DNA from: Candidatus Tayloriibacteriota bacterium
GTDB lineage: Bacteria > Patescibacteriota > Minisyncoccia > Phycocordibacterales > PALSA-1337
Assembly (NCBI GenBank): GCA_003151615.1
Contig: PLXZ01000001.1
Coordinates: 134,544-198,543, forward strand
Reading direction: 5' to 3'
DNA length: 64,000 nt
In this document: positions 47,449-57,815 of the stretch, piece by piece
Numbering within the stretch: position 1 is the stretch's first letter
Layout of the letters: each line of letters begins with the position of its first letter
Translations under genes and position numbers: made by a program
Notes under the pieces: generated by a model
Told to the model about the DNA's origin: nothing
The model's input: the letters and a program-made list of their open reading frames with translations, nothing else
Database searches by the model: none

Positions 47449-48911
47449 AAAATCGCACAAAAAATGCCGGAATTATTTTGGTCAATGTCCTCGTGTTCGC
47501 AACGATTGCGATCATTCTCACGACTGCCCTGGTTCAATGGGGCGCGACGATTTTGAAGAATGAAACCCAGCTGACGAACAGCCAGCAGGCTTTTGAAATA
47601 GCGGAATCGGGCATTGATTATTACAAATGGCATCTGAACAATCTGCCGAGCGATTATTATGACGGCAATGCGTCACGCACTTCGCCGGGACCCTACGTGC
47701 ATTCATTTCAGGACAAGGACGGAAATACGCTCGGGCAGTTTTCGCTGAAAATTACGCCGCCCGCAACAGGTACGACAATCGTAACCGTCAAGTCAACGGG
47801 TACCTCAAGCACTACGCCAGTGGTTTCCCGAAGCATCCAGGCCCAGTTCGCCATTCCTTCATTTGCCCAATATGCGGTTGTTGCGAATGACAATATGAAT
47901 TTTGGGGCGGGAACCATCACCTATGGTCCGATACAGTCGAATTACGGAGTTCATTTTGACGGGACCGCGCATAACATTGTTAGCAGTGCCCTATCCACGT
48001 ATGTGGATCCGGACACGGGGTTAACGGAATATGCTGTTTATACAACAGGTGATCCACATCCTCCGACGACCCAGCCCGCAGATTCCGGTATATTTTTGGC
48101 GGGAAGACAGTTTCCCGTGCCGACAGTTGATTTTGTCGGAATCACCACAAATCTCAATAATCTGGAAACTATAGCGAATTCTGAAAAAAATGGCAGTACC
48201 ATTTACAACTACACGTCTTCCGGCGTACAGGGATATTACATCCAGCTTAATACCAACGATACGTTTAATTTGTACAAAGTGAATTCACTCGTGTCCCTCG
48301 CAGGCAACCCTAATTCATGCACGAACAATTCGACCGAACAGAGGGAGTCCGGCTGGGGTTCTTGGAGCATCAACACAAAGACGCTCTATAAAAGCAGCGT
48401 GCCGTTTCCGTCGAGCGGCGTCATTTTCTTCCAAGACAATGTCTGGGTTGACGGCGCAATTAATACGGCGCGTCTGACAATTGCCGCCGGTATTCCCGGA
48501 GCGACGAGTAACTACGCAAACATTACCGTAAATAACAATTTGACGTATACGAATTTTAACGGTCAGGATGTCATAGGCCTCATTGCCCAGGGAAATATTA
48601 ATGTCGGTTTTGTCAGCGCAGACAATCTGACAGTTGACGCGGCTCTTGTCGCCCAAAACGGAAGGGTCGGACGATACTACTATTATTCAAGCTGTACCTC
48701 TCCGTCGGGGTACTATTATGACCGTACAACGCTTAATCTTGTCGGTATGATTGCCACGAACCAGCGCTACGGTTTCGCCTACAGCGACGGGACTGGCTAT
48801 ATGAACCGAAACATTACCTATGACAGCAATCTTTTGTACGGTCCGCCGCCGTCGTTTCCCCTTGCGTCCAGCCAGTATTCGACCATTTCATGGGGAGAAG
48901 TGCCGAATTGA
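47445..48911 (+). CDS. Hypothetical N-terminally anchored protein, possibly a pilus-associated minor component
   Basis: ATGA overlap with the upstream pilin. The N-terminal hydrophobic helix NAGIILVNVLVFATIAIILTTALV is pilin-like but lacks the G-F motif. The 488-aa body is T/N/S/G-rich. Confidence 0.4.
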   Translation: MKNRTKNAGIILVNVLVFATIAIILTTALVQWGATILKNETQLTNSQQAFEIAESGIDYYKWHLNNLPSDYYDGNASRTSPGPYVHSFQDKDGNTLGQFSLKITPPATGTTIVTVKSTGTSSTTPVVSRSIQAQFAIPSFAQYAVVANDNMNFGAGTITYGPIQSNYGVHFDGTAHNIVSSALSTYVDPDTGLTEYAVYTTGDPHPPTTQPADSGIFLAGRQFPVPTVDFVGITTNLNNLETIANSEKNGSTIYNYTSSGVQGYYIQLNTNDTFNLYKVNSLVSLAGNPNSCTNNSTEQRESGWGSWSINTKTLYKSSVPFPSSGVIFFQDNVWVDGAINTARLTIAAGIPGATSNYANITVNNNLTYTNFNGQDVIGLIAQGNINVGFVSADNLTVDAALVAQNGRVGRYYYYSSCTSPSGYYYDRTTLNLVGMIATNQRYGFAYSDGTGYMNRNITYDSNLLYGPPPSFPLASSQYSTISWGEVPN

Positions 48912-48952
48912 CCTTAGCGAAGCGCCGCATTTCGCTGTGATATAATTGACGC

Positions 48953-49777
48953 ATGACAAAAAAATTTTCACGGAAAATCGGACAGAAAATCGTCATCGGA
49001 AACTGGAAAATGAATCCTCTTACGGTTGCGGAAGCAAAAAGAATTATCGTTTCGGTGAAGAAAGCGGCGAAAAAATTAAACCGGACAAAAGTCGTGATAT
49101 GTCCACCATCTCCGTTCATCGGATATGCGTTGCCTCGCGTGCCTGAAAAATCGACTGCAAAAGGTGTCGTCAGCGTTGGTGCGCAGGATGTTTTTTATGA
49201 AGAGCAGGGAGCTTTTACGGGCGAAGTAAGCGCCCGGCAATTGGCGGATATGGATCTTGGTTATGTCATTGTCGGACATTCGGAGCGTCGCCGCGCGGGT
49301 GAAGGCGCTTTTGCGGCTGAAACTGACGTGGTCGTCGCGAAAAAAGCAATCGCGGTGGCGCAGGCGGGAATGGTTGCCGTTTTGTGCGTCGGGGAGACGG
49401 TCCGCGATGCCCACGGCGAATATTTGGATTTTCTGAGGAATCAGATACGCGCTTCCCTCCAGGGATTTTCCAAAAAATATATCGAGGAACGCCGTCTCGT
49501 CGTCGCCTACGAACCCGTTTGGGCAATCGGAGCGAAGGAGGCGATGACCCCGACTCTCATCCATGAAATGACTATTTTCGTAAAAAAAGTTTTGGCGGAT
49601 CTGTACGGCCAGGAAGAGGCTTTTGACGTTCCGGTTTTGTACGGAGGGTCAGTCAACTTCAGAAATGCCGCTGATATTATTCGCGGCGGCGAGGTGAACG
49701 GCCTGCTCGTCGGACGTGAGAGCGTGAATGCGCCCGGTTTTGCCGAACTTATTCGCGCCGTTGATGAGGTGAAATGA
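48953..49777 (+). CDS. tpiA: Triosephosphate isomerase
   Basis: IVIGNWKMN, VIVGHSERR and YEPVWAIG motifs. Confidence 0.9.
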   Translation: MTKKFSRKIGQKIVIGNWKMNPLTVAEAKRIIVSVKKAAKKLNRTKVVICPPSPFIGYALPRVPEKSTAKGVVSVGAQDVFYEEQGAFTGEVSARQLADMDLGYVIVGHSERRRAGEGAFAAETDVVVAKKAIAVAQAGMVAVLCVGETVRDAHGEYLDFLRNQIRASLQGFSKKYIEERRLVVAYEPVWAIGAKEAMTPTLIHEMTIFVKKVLADLYGQEEAFDVPVLYGGSVNFRNAADIIRGGEVNGLLVGRESVNAPGFAELIRAVDEVK

Positions 49778-49778
49778 T

Positions 49779-50978
49779 ATGAAGACCATAAAGGATATTG
49801 AAGTTTTGAAAGGCGTGCGCGTATTATTGCGCGCCGATTTCAATGTGCCGGTCAAAAACGGCGCGGTTGTCGATGATTTTCGCATACGGAAAATTCTGCC
49901 TACATTGGCGTATTTGAAGGAAAAGGGCGCGCGGGTGATTTTGATCAGCCATATTGAGAGCAATGAGACGAGTGGCTCCGTAAATCCAGCCGTCAAAACC
50001 GAGCCGACGCTGGTCCCGATTATTCCCGCGTTGAAAAAACTCGGCGTCGAGTGCGGATTTATCGAAAATTATGGTAATGCTTTCGCGGCTTCGCAGGCTC
50101 TGACCGACGGAGGCTTCATTCTTCTCGAAAATCTGCGCGTCAATCCGGGTGAAAAGAAAAACGATCGGAAATTTGCGAAGGAATTGTCATCGCTTGCGGA
50201 TATTTACATAAATGACGCGTTTTCAGTTTCCCATCGGGCGCATGCTTCAATCGTCGCTATCACCGAATTTTTGCCGAGCTATGCCGGATTTTTGCTGGAA
50301 AGTGAAGTCACAAATTTGAGCGCGGCTTTTAATCCCGAGAGGCCGTTTCTTTTTGTTCTCGGCGGCGCAAAATTTGAGACAAAGGTTCCATTGATAGAAA
50401 AATTCATCCAGACTGCCGACACCGTTTTTGTCGGCGGCGCACTTGCCCATAATTTTTTCAAAGAGAAAGGTTACAATCTGGGTAAATCGCTTGTTTCGGC
50501 GCAAGACTTTGATTTGAAGCGTTTTTTTGGAAATCCCAAACTTCTTTTGCCGATTGACGTAGTGGTGCAAAATGACGCCGGTGAAAAAATCCTAAAGATG
50601 CCGGATAAACTTGCCGCGGATGACATTATTATGGATGCGGGTCCGGAAACCGTCGCTCTTTTGCAGAAAACTATTTCGGCCGCAAAGCAGATTTTATGGA
50701 ACGGACCTCTTGGCGCGTACGAAAAAGGCTTCAAACAGCCCACGATTGATTTGGCGAAAGCTGTCGGTGCCGCGACAAAAAATTCCGGCGCGAAAACAAT
50801 AGTCGGCGGTGCGGACACGCTCGCAACCATTGCCGAGATCGGCGATCAAGGCAGTTCGACCGGCGAATCTATTGAACGGGAATTTAGTTTTGTCTCCACG
50901 GGCGGAGGCGCGATGCTCGATTTTCTTGCGAATGAAACTTTGCCGGGGATTGACGCGCTTAATTCGTCGAAGCAGTAG
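49779..50978 (+). CDS. pgk: Phosphoglycerate kinase
   Basis: VLLRADFNVP N-terminal motif and a C-terminal GGGA...Rossmann half. Starts 1 nt after the tpiA stop. Confidence 0.9.
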   Translation: MKTIKDIEVLKGVRVLLRADFNVPVKNGAVVDDFRIRKILPTLAYLKEKGARVILISHIESNETSGSVNPAVKTEPTLVPIIPALKKLGVECGFIENYGNAFAASQALTDGGFILLENLRVNPGEKKNDRKFAKELSSLADIYINDAFSVSHRAHASIVAITEFLPSYAGFLLESEVTNLSAAFNPERPFLFVLGGAKFETKVPLIEKFIQTADTVFVGGALAHNFFKEKGYNLGKSLVSAQDFDLKRFFGNPKLLLPIDVVVQNDAGEKILKMPDKLAADDIIMDAGPETVALLQKTISAAKQILWNGPLGAYEKGFKQPTIDLAKAVGAATKNSGAKTIVGGADTLATIAEIGDQGSSTGESIEREFSFVSTGGGAMLDFLANETLPGIDALNSSKQ

Positions 50979-50990
50979 CCTGGCTATATT

Positions 50991-51374
50991 TTAAAGGTCG
51001 TTAATTATCTTTTTCGCATTTGCGGCGAAATCCATTTTATCTCCCGCTACGTCGCGGTTTGGGTAGACCCAAATATGAGCGTGCGTGACTTCGTCGCCGA
51101 CAATTTTACTTAAAATCCATTCAGTATTAAAAGCTTTTTGCTGGGCCTTGGCGATTTTTTGGGCAATTTCGAAATATGCACCGGCATTCGGCACGTCCCA
51201 AACCCAACGATAATGTTCTTTAGGGATGATCTGCGTGTGACCGGGAGATTGGGGATTAATGTCGAGAAACGCGAGGAAATCGCTGTCCTCGTAGACAATG
51301 TGCGCCGGAATTTCCTTCGCCACGATTTTGCAGAAGATGCAATCTCTGTCTTTTTCATCAATAAGTTTTTTCAT
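50991..51374 (-). CDS. HIT-family hydrolase
   Basis: CIFCKI start and the histidine triad in the context HTQIIPKEHY. 127 aa. Confidence 0.85.
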   Translation of the reverse strand: MKKLIDEKDRDCIFCKIVAKEIPAHIVYEDSDFLAFLDINPQSPGHTQIIPKEHYRWVWDVPNAGAYFEIAQKIAKAQQKAFNTEWILSKIVGDEVTHAHIWVYPNRDVAGDKMDFAANAKKIINDL

Positions 51375-51534
51375 ACTTCACATTATATATAATTTATGAA
51401 TAAGTTGCACAATCATCCGATTGTTTTTCTTTCATAATTGACTTGGTATATAAGATATGTTATTGTATAAAGAACAACAAAAGTTCTTTATATGCTTGTC
51501 TTTTGCAAAGCAAAGAACGTACAGGAAGGAAAAT

Positions 51535-52119
51535 ATGAAACCGGAAAATCTTGTCGTAACTCCCGACGTTTTCTTCGACTTATTCATTCTCAGTATGATG
51601 TTCCGCGCCAAGCAGGCAGGGCGTGAATACGAAGGATTCGATCTGTCGACGTGGTCCACAGTCGATTCCGTCCTTCGCATCTTCGATAATTTAAAAATCG
51701 TGACTGCGACCCAGCGCCGCAAAATTTCCGACGATGTTCGCGTCCAAGCGTTGTTTGTGCGAAATGCGCGCATCACATACGGAACTGTCAGTTCGCAGGC
51801 TCCCGAAGACGAGACAGTTCGCAGGATCATTGTAAAAGTTCCCGACGGCTTGACGGGTCAATTTTTGAGAAAACAGATTCTCAAGAATACGCGGATATTC
51901 CTCAGTCGTCGCGGATTGAATGGGGCAGAAGTCATTACAAAGTATTACCCATGGTTCACCGAGTTAATGTTCCTGGACGCATACAATACTTCCCGGGAAA
52001 AATTTGATAAATACCCGAAGAAAGCCAAAGGAGCGATAATCATGGCTTATCAAGCAAACGTCGCCGCCGAGCTTGAAATCGAAAGATTTATGCTTGGTGC
52101 GAAAAACACAAAGAAATAA
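51535..52119 (+). CDS. Hypothetical protein
   Basis: Start at ATG 51535 with RBS AGGAAGGAAAAT. A promoter-like TTGACT/TATAAG lies about 100 nt upstream. No motif I recognise. Confidence 0.35.
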   Translation: MKPENLVVTPDVFFDLFILSMMFRAKQAGREYEGFDLSTWSTVDSVLRIFDNLKIVTATQRRKISDDVRVQALFVRNARITYGTVSSQAPEDETVRRIIVKVPDGLTGQFLRKQILKNTRIFLSRRGLNGAEVITKYYPWFTELMFLDAYNTSREKFDKYPKKAKGAIIMAYQANVAAELEIERFMLGAKNTKK

Positions 52120-52193
52120 GTTTGAAAATCAGAAGAAGGCCCTCCCGGCTTTCTTTTTTATATCGATACAGCCTCCATGATATACTTCGCTTT

Positions 52194-53936
52194 ATGAAGA
52201 AATACTCGGTGAGGGAAACGCTGCCAGATTCAAATCTGCTTAATCATCTGTTATTTCATCGCGGAGTAAAAACGGCCGAAGAAATCGAACTTTTTCTCAA
52301 TCCCGATTATGAAAAGCAAGTTCATGACCCGTTTTTGCTGAAGGACATGGACAAGGCAGTGGAGAGAATTTTGAAGGCGATCAAGTCCGGCGAAAAAACC
52401 GTCATATATAGCGACTATGACACCGACGGAATTCCGGGCGGAGTGATTTTGCATGATTTTTTCAAAAAGGCCGGCTTCACTAATTTTACGAATTATATTC
52501 CGCATCGGCATGACGAGGGTTTTGGTCTGAATAGTGACGCCATAAAGCAATTTATCGCCGATGGAGTGAAATTGCTCATCACAATTGATTGTGGCATTGC
52601 AGATACGGCCCATGTGAAGGAGGCGATGGACGCCGGCGTTGACGTCATTATCACCGACCATCATCTTCCGTCGTCTGACCCCGCTGAAATTCCTCTGGCA
52701 TTCGCGATTGTGAATCCCAAGCAAGCGGACTGCCTGTATCCCGAGAAAATGTTGTGCGGAAGCGGCGTCGTTTTCAAATTGATTCAGGGAATTTTGAAAA
52801 AAGACCGGCTGGGAATAAAGGAAGGGCAGGAAAAATGGCTTCTCGACATGGTCGGCATTGCGACGCTGTCGGATATGGTTCCTTTGACCGGCGAAAATCG
52901 CGTTTTGGCATATTATGGATTGACTGTTTTGCGGAAATCGCCGCGGCTCGGCATTATGCGACTGTTGCGCGAGCTTGGAGTTGACCAACGATACCTGACT
53001 GAAGACGACATAGGGTTTACCATCGGTCCGCGCATCAATGCCGCGTCGAGAATGGGCGTACCGATGGACGCTTTTAACTTGCTTGCCACGACCGATCCCG
53101 CCGAAGCCGACCATTTTGCCAAACATTTGAATAAAATAAACGACGAGCGAAAGGGAACTGTCGCGGCGATTGTCAAAGAAGTGAATAAGACGATAAAAGA
53201 ACGCTGGGACGCGGACGCCGAAAAAATGCCGCGGGTCATTGTTCTCGGCAATCCGGAGTGGAAGCCCTCTTTAGCCGGTCTGGTGGCGAATACACTTGCC
53301 GAAAAATACAACCGGCCTGTTTTTATCTGGGGGCGTGACGGCGACGGAGTCATAAAAGGTTCATGTCGTTCCGAAGGCGAAACGAATTTGGTTGAATTGA
53401 TGCGTCTCTCCGACGCCGGTTTCATCCAATACGGCGGCCACGCTTTTTCCGGAGGCTTTTCAATTTCAAACGAGGGAATTCACGCGTTGCCCGAAAAATT
53501 AAATGCCGGATATCAAAAATTGCAACGGGAAAAACGTGCCGGAACGATTGTCGGTGATGCGGTTTTCATCGACCGCGACATGTTGCTCGACAGTGTCAGT
53601 TGGGACACGTACCGCGTCATCGAAAAGCTCGCGCCGTTCGGCATCGCCAATCCAAAGCCGCTTTTTATGTTTAAAAATGTCGTGCCCTCGTCGGTTCGGC
53701 AATTCGGCAAGGAGAAAAATCATCTCGAAATCGTATTTGAAGATTTGTACGGCATGAATTCGTTGCAAAGACCGGTCAAAGCCATCGGATTTTTCATGAC
53801 GGCGGCGGACTGGGAAGAAAGCCTCGGTGGGCCGATTGTTGCGGGCAAGACGGTCACACTCATTGCCCATTTTGAGAAATCAATTTTTCGCGGAAAAACC
53901 GAATTGCGTCTGCGTATCGTTGATGTGATATTATAG
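52194..53936 (+). CDS. recJ: Single-stranded-DNA-specific exonuclease RecJ
   Basis: Start at MKKYSVRE. DHH motifs (YSDYDTDGI, ITDHH) and a DHHA1 domain with a C-terminal OB-like region. Confidence 0.85.
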   Translation: MKKYSVRETLPDSNLLNHLLFHRGVKTAEEIELFLNPDYEKQVHDPFLLKDMDKAVERILKAIKSGEKTVIYSDYDTDGIPGGVILHDFFKKAGFTNFTNYIPHRHDEGFGLNSDAIKQFIADGVKLLITIDCGIADTAHVKEAMDAGVDVIITDHHLPSSDPAEIPLAFAIVNPKQADCLYPEKMLCGSGVVFKLIQGILKKDRLGIKEGQEKWLLDMVGIATLSDMVPLTGENRVLAYYGLTVLRKSPRLGIMRLLRELGVDQRYLTEDDIGFTIGPRINAASRMGVPMDAFNLLATTDPAEADHFAKHLNKINDERKGTVAAIVKEVNKTIKERWDADAEKMPRVIVLGNPEWKPSLAGLVANTLAEKYNRPVFIWGRDGDGVIKGSCRSEGETNLVELMRLSDAGFIQYGGHAFSGGFSISNEGIHALPEKLNAGYQKLQREKRAGTIVGDAVFIDRDMLLDSVSWDTYRVIEKLAPFGIANPKPLFMFKNVVPSSVRQFGKEKNHLEIVFEDLYGMNSLQRPVKAIGFFMTAADWEESLGGPIVAGKTVTLIAHFEKSIFRGKTELRLRIVDVIL

Positions 53937-53941
53937 TCGCT

Positions 53942-54739
53942 ATGATAACGATTTTTACCGACGGTTCGTCGCGCGGCAATCCCGGTCCGGGAGGGTGGGG
54001 TGCTATTGTTGTCGCGGATGGAAAAACGGACACGGAAAAAACCGAAAAAGCAGGTGTCGCTAAATCAGTGACCGAACTGGGCGGTCGCGAGGCGCACACG
54101 ACCAATAACCGCATGGAACTGACCGCGGCAATCGAAGGCTTGAAATATGTTGCAAAATCAGGTTTTTCCGGAGATATTGTGGTCAACAGCGATTCTTCGT
54201 ACGTCATAAACGGCATTACGAAGTGGGTGCATGGCTGGAAGAAAAAAGGCTGGAAGACGCTCGACAAAAAAGAGGTCGTAAACCGCGATTTATGGGAAAT
54301 GCTCGACGGTTTTGCAGCCGAAGCCGGCGTCGGAGCGAATTCACCACGTGTAATTTCATGGAACTATGTTGGCGGACATGTCGGAGTCGCCGGCAACGAG
54401 CGTTGCGACGAAATTGCGACGTCGTTCGCGGATAATGAACCGGTGAAATTGTTTTCCGGTGCACTCGCCGATTATTCCGTGGCGAATATTTTGGATATTT
54501 CGGTTTCGGTCGGCGCTTCCGCAGCAAAATCAGAAAAAAAATCCTCGAAAGCGCGTTCAAATGCCGTCGCGTATTCGTACGTCAGCATGGTTGACGGCAT
54601 TATTGCCACCGACAAAACATGGCGCGACTGCGAAGCCCGGGTGAAGGGCAAACGCGGCGCAAAATACAAAAAAGCTTTGAATAAATTTGACGAATCCGAA
54701 ATTATGGCTCAATTTCGTGAAAATTCTTCGAAAAATTGA
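53942..54739 (+). CDS. rnhA: Ribonuclease HI with about 110 aa of C-terminal extension
   Basis: IFTDGSSRGNPGPGGWGAIV, TNNRMEL and VKGH motifs of RNase H. Typical RnhA is about 150 aa; the extension is K-rich. Confidence 0.75.
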   Translation: MITIFTDGSSRGNPGPGGWGAIVVADGKTDTEKTEKAGVAKSVTELGGREAHTTNNRMELTAAIEGLKYVAKSGFSGDIVVNSDSSYVINGITKWVHGWKKKGWKTLDKKEVVNRDLWEMLDGFAAEAGVGANSPRVISWNYVGGHVGVAGNERCDEIATSFADNEPVKLFSGALADYSVANILDISVSVGASAAKSEKKSSKARSNAVAYSYVSMVDGIIATDKTWRDCEARVKGKRGAKYKKALNKFDESEIMAQFRENSSKN

Positions 54740-54757
54740 TAAAGATTTTAATAAATC

Positions 54758-56239
54758 TTGAGCGTTTCTTTATCGCCGGTATGCCATGATTGGTTGATGG
54801 CGATTCAGGAACATATTTTCAAAAAATGTGCGGTTTGGTCGGCGGTTGCGATAATGGCGGCTGTTCCCGTTTGTCTGCGTCTATGGCAATTACAGAATCA
54901 TGAGGCACAGGTCAAGCGCACTTTAAACGATTTTGCATACGAAAAAACGCCGGTGACAATTGTCGGCATTATTGATACCGAACCCGACATCAGGCCGTCT
55001 ACGCAAGAATTTACAATTCATGTTGAAAAAGTTGATTCAATGACGGTGGACACGCGTGTTTTGGTCACTGAAAAAGTGTATCCGCATTATTTATACGGAG
55101 ACGAAATCAGCCTCGCGGGCAAACTCCTTGTGCCGCGAAATTTTAGCGACGGCAGCGAGAGGGAATTCGATTACGTCCACTATTTGTCAAAAGACGGCAT
55201 ATTTTTTACGATGAAAAATCCGCAGGCTTCGGTTGTTGCGACAGGCAAGGGCAATCCATTGTACGCAAAATTATTCGCGTTTAAAGAAAGCTTTCTCGAC
55301 AATATCCGGCGGGTTTTAGGCGAGCCCGAGGCGTCGCTCGCGGCGGGTGAAATCGTCGGCGACAAAGCTTCGCTTGGGAAGGATTTAACAGACGATTTCC
55401 GGCGATCGGGGCTGATCCATATTGTCATTTTGTCCGGCTACAGCATTGCCATCATTGCCGATTCGATCCAGCGGATGTTGTCGGTTGTGCCATATTTGCC
55501 GAGGTCGGTCAGTTTGTTTTCCGGTGCTGCCGGCATTTTGCTTTTCGGAATCATGATTGGAGGCAAAGCTACCGCCGTGCGTGCCTGTATTATGGCCATC
55601 ATGTCGATTACCGCGAAAATAATGTATCGCGATTATCACGCTTTGCGGGCGCTCATTTTAACCGCATATGTAATGATTGTGCAAAATCCGTACATCGTTT
55701 TGTACGATGCCTCGTTTCAGGTTTCATTTACGGCGACGCTCGGCTTGATTCTGCTCGGAAAACATATCGAGGGTTTTTTGAAGAAATTTCCGCGTCTGTT
55801 TCCGGAACGATTTGAAATCCGGGCATTGGTGACTTCGACGCTCGCCACGCAAATTGCCGTCGCACCGCTCCTCTTATATATGATGGGGGATGCGTCGGTT
55901 GTCGGTTTGATTGCGAACCTGATTGTCGTGCCGTTTATCCCGCTGACATTACTGGTTATTTTTTGCACGGGAATGTCCGGATTTATCGCAATCGCGGGTG
56001 GTTTTGTCGGAACGGTCGGTTCCTACGTTTCAATCGGATTTGCGGCGGTATCGCATGTTTTGCTTTCGTATGAACTCGTCATCGTACAATTTTTCGGTAC
56101 GTTTCCGTATGCGATTGTCACAATCAACAATTTTTCATTGTGGATGATGTGGTGTGTCTACGCGCTGTATGCCGCAGGGTATTTTATTTTGAAGAGGAAA
56201 CTGCATCTGCAAAATTCCCCTCGATCACCTCCCAGTTGA
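54758..56239 (+). CDS. comEC: ComEC/Rec2-family DNA-internalisation channel protein (N-terminal plus competence domains only)
   Basis: DUF4131-like OB region, then the ComEC competence domain (GLIHIVILSGYSIAII) with multiple TM helices. No lactamase domain within this ORF. Confidence 0.7.
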   Translation: MSVSLSPVCHDWLMAIQEHIFKKCAVWSAVAIMAAVPVCLRLWQLQNHEAQVKRTLNDFAYEKTPVTIVGIIDTEPDIRPSTQEFTIHVEKVDSMTVDTRVLVTEKVYPHYLYGDEISLAGKLLVPRNFSDGSEREFDYVHYLSKDGIFFTMKNPQASVVATGKGNPLYAKLFAFKESFLDNIRRVLGEPEASLAAGEIVGDKASLGKDLTDDFRRSGLIHIVILSGYSIAIIADSIQRMLSVVPYLPRSVSLFSGAAGILLFGIMIGGKATAVRACIMAIMSITAKIMYRDYHALRALILTAYVMIVQNPYIVLYDASFQVSFTATLGLILLGKHIEGFLKKFPRLFPERFEIRALVTSTLATQIAVAPLLLYMMGDASVVGLIANLIVVPFIPLTLLVIFCTGMSGFIAIAGGFVGTVGSYVSIGFAAVSHVLLSYELVIVQFFGTFPYAIVTINNFSLWMMWCVYALYAAGYFILKRKLHLQNSPRSPPS

Positions 56240-56804
56240 GATTTGCAAAAAAATCTTCAATGTACTGTTTTTTGCCCGACGGCTGGTAATCGGCGACGTA
56301 CGAGTGTTCCCACATGTCGATTCCGAGAATCATGGCGCAGTCGTTCAACAGGCCGAAATGTTGTTCATCGACCCACGAAGCGAGAAGGCGGCTGTTTTTG
56401 CGATCGTACCAGAGGACGTTCCATCCGATGCCGCGTGTCGTTGCGGCTGTCGCCTTGAATCCCGCGATAAAATTCTCCACGGAACCGTAGGTGTCGATTA
56501 ATATTTTCTTGAGGGGACTTGTCTTGGAGAGGGTTTTTGCGCCGCCTTCGAGCGAGGCAAAATATATCTCATGGTTTCTCATGCCGTTGTATTCAAAGCT
56601 CAACCGTCGCCGCAATTCGCCGATGACGTAAGCGTTTCCCTCGGCGTCTTCCTGCATGTATGTTCCGATCTTTTCCAAAAGAAGATTGGCGTTTTTGACG
56701 TAGCCGGCGTAAAGTTTCAAATGCTCATCGATAGTTTTCTTCGAAATGCCCTTTAATTCCGGAATAACGAACTTCCTTTCTTCAAATTTTTGTGTTGCAT
56801 TCAT
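56184..56804 (-). CDS. sod: Fe/Mn superoxide dismutase
   Basis: N-terminal EERKFVIPELKGISKKTIDEHLKLY and C-terminal DMWEHSYVADYQ (D-x-W-E-H metal ligands). Convergently overlaps the comEC 3' end by 56 nt. Confidence 0.85.
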   Translation of the reverse strand: MNATQKFEERKFVIPELKGISKKTIDEHLKLYAGYVKNANLLLEKIGTYMQEDAEGNAYVIGELRRRLSFEYNGMRNHEIYFASLEGGAKTLSKTSPLKKILIDTYGSVENFIAGFKATAATTRGIGWNVLWYDRKNSRLLASWVDEQHFGLLNDCAMILGIDMWEHSYVADYQPSGKKQYIEDFFANLNWEVIEGNFADAVSSSK

Positions 56805-56852
56805 AATTTTATTTTTTCTTTAACATTTCTTTATTAAAACTTCATCTCGACT

Positions 56853-57815
56853 GTGTATGATTGGATGATGAAATCCATTATATCACTATCGGCGACTGTT
56901 ATGATTTTGTCGGGTATAGGCCTCGGGACATATGTTTGGCATTGGGAGCATCGGCCGCACGTTCTGGAAATCTATTGCTTCGCCCTCGACAAAAGCGGCA
57001 ACAGTCCCGGAAATTTGGCGGTTTTCATACGCACCCCCGACGGCCACACCATTTTGATTGACGGTGGCAAGTCGTCTTCGGTTGTTTCCGCGCTCGGTTC
57101 CGTCATGCCGTTTTATAGACGTTCAATCGATACGGTTATTTCAACGAATCCCGATGATTCGCACGTTACGGGTCTTGTGGCGGTAGTTGCGCGATATCAT
57201 GTCGGGAAAATTGTGCGATTAAATGCCGCGGACGCATCATCGTCTGCGGCAGATTTTGTCGCAACAGGTTCCGCCTCTACGACATTAACGGATGAAATTT
57301 CAAAGCAAAAAATTCCGATAGTCGAAGTGTCGGCAGGGGATTCAATCGATATCGGAGATCCTGCAATTTTGATTCAAGCCCTTTTTCCATCACCGGATTT
57401 TCAGTTTTCGAAAACAAATCCGCAGGTTATATCGTTTTTGCTTCGCTACGGTTCGACGACTGTTTTGTTCGGCGGCGACCTCACGAAAAAAGAGCAGGAA
57501 TATGCGGCTGGAGAAATCGCGTCTTCGACTGATTTTTCTTCGATAACTCCGGCTTCAATATCATCGCGTCTGCTCATCTTGCCACACGCCGAAAATGTCG
57601 GCGTCGCGGGTGAACATCTGTTTGAAGCCTACGCACCGAATTATATTGTTGTGCTTAAAAAACCAACATCTTCAACCCGAATTAAAAATACGCCGAAAAA
57701 ACCGCCTTTTGATATTTCCTCGCTCTCGAATCTTTCAGTCATTAATTTGACAACCGACGGCAATGTTGAATTTATTTCCGACGGCTCGGTTTTTTCAGTA
57801 AAGAAGTTGAAGTAG
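56853..57815 (+). CDS. Stand-alone metallo-beta-lactamase-fold protein resembling the ComEC C-terminal domain, with a degenerate metal motif
   Basis: The PDGHTILIDGG and VISTNPDDSHVTGLVAV region aligns by eye with the ComEC SHPHADHIGG block, but the His residues are largely replaced. An alternative start is at 56865. Confidence 0.5.
   Translation: MYDWMMKSIISLSATVMILSGIGLGTYVWHWEHRPHVLEIYCFALDKSGNSPGNLAVFIRTPDGHTILIDGGKSSSVVSALGSVMPFYRRSIDTVISTNPDDSHVTGLVAVVARYHVGKIVRLNAADASSSAADFVATGSASTTLTDEISKQKIPIVEVSAGDSIDIGDPAILIQALFPSPDFQFSKTNPQVISFLLRYGSTTVLFGGDLTKKEQEYAAGEIASSTDFSSITPASISSRLLILPHAENVGVAGEHLFEAYAPNYIVVLKKPTSSTRIKNTPKKPPFDISSLSNLSVINLTTDGNVEFISDGSVFSVKKLK

Noticed and set aside
52251-53425. 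291-aa and 170-aa minus-strand ORFs antisense to recJ
   Set aside because: They are fully contained in recJ, whose DHH/DHHA1 motifs support the plus frame, and their composition is unremarkable.
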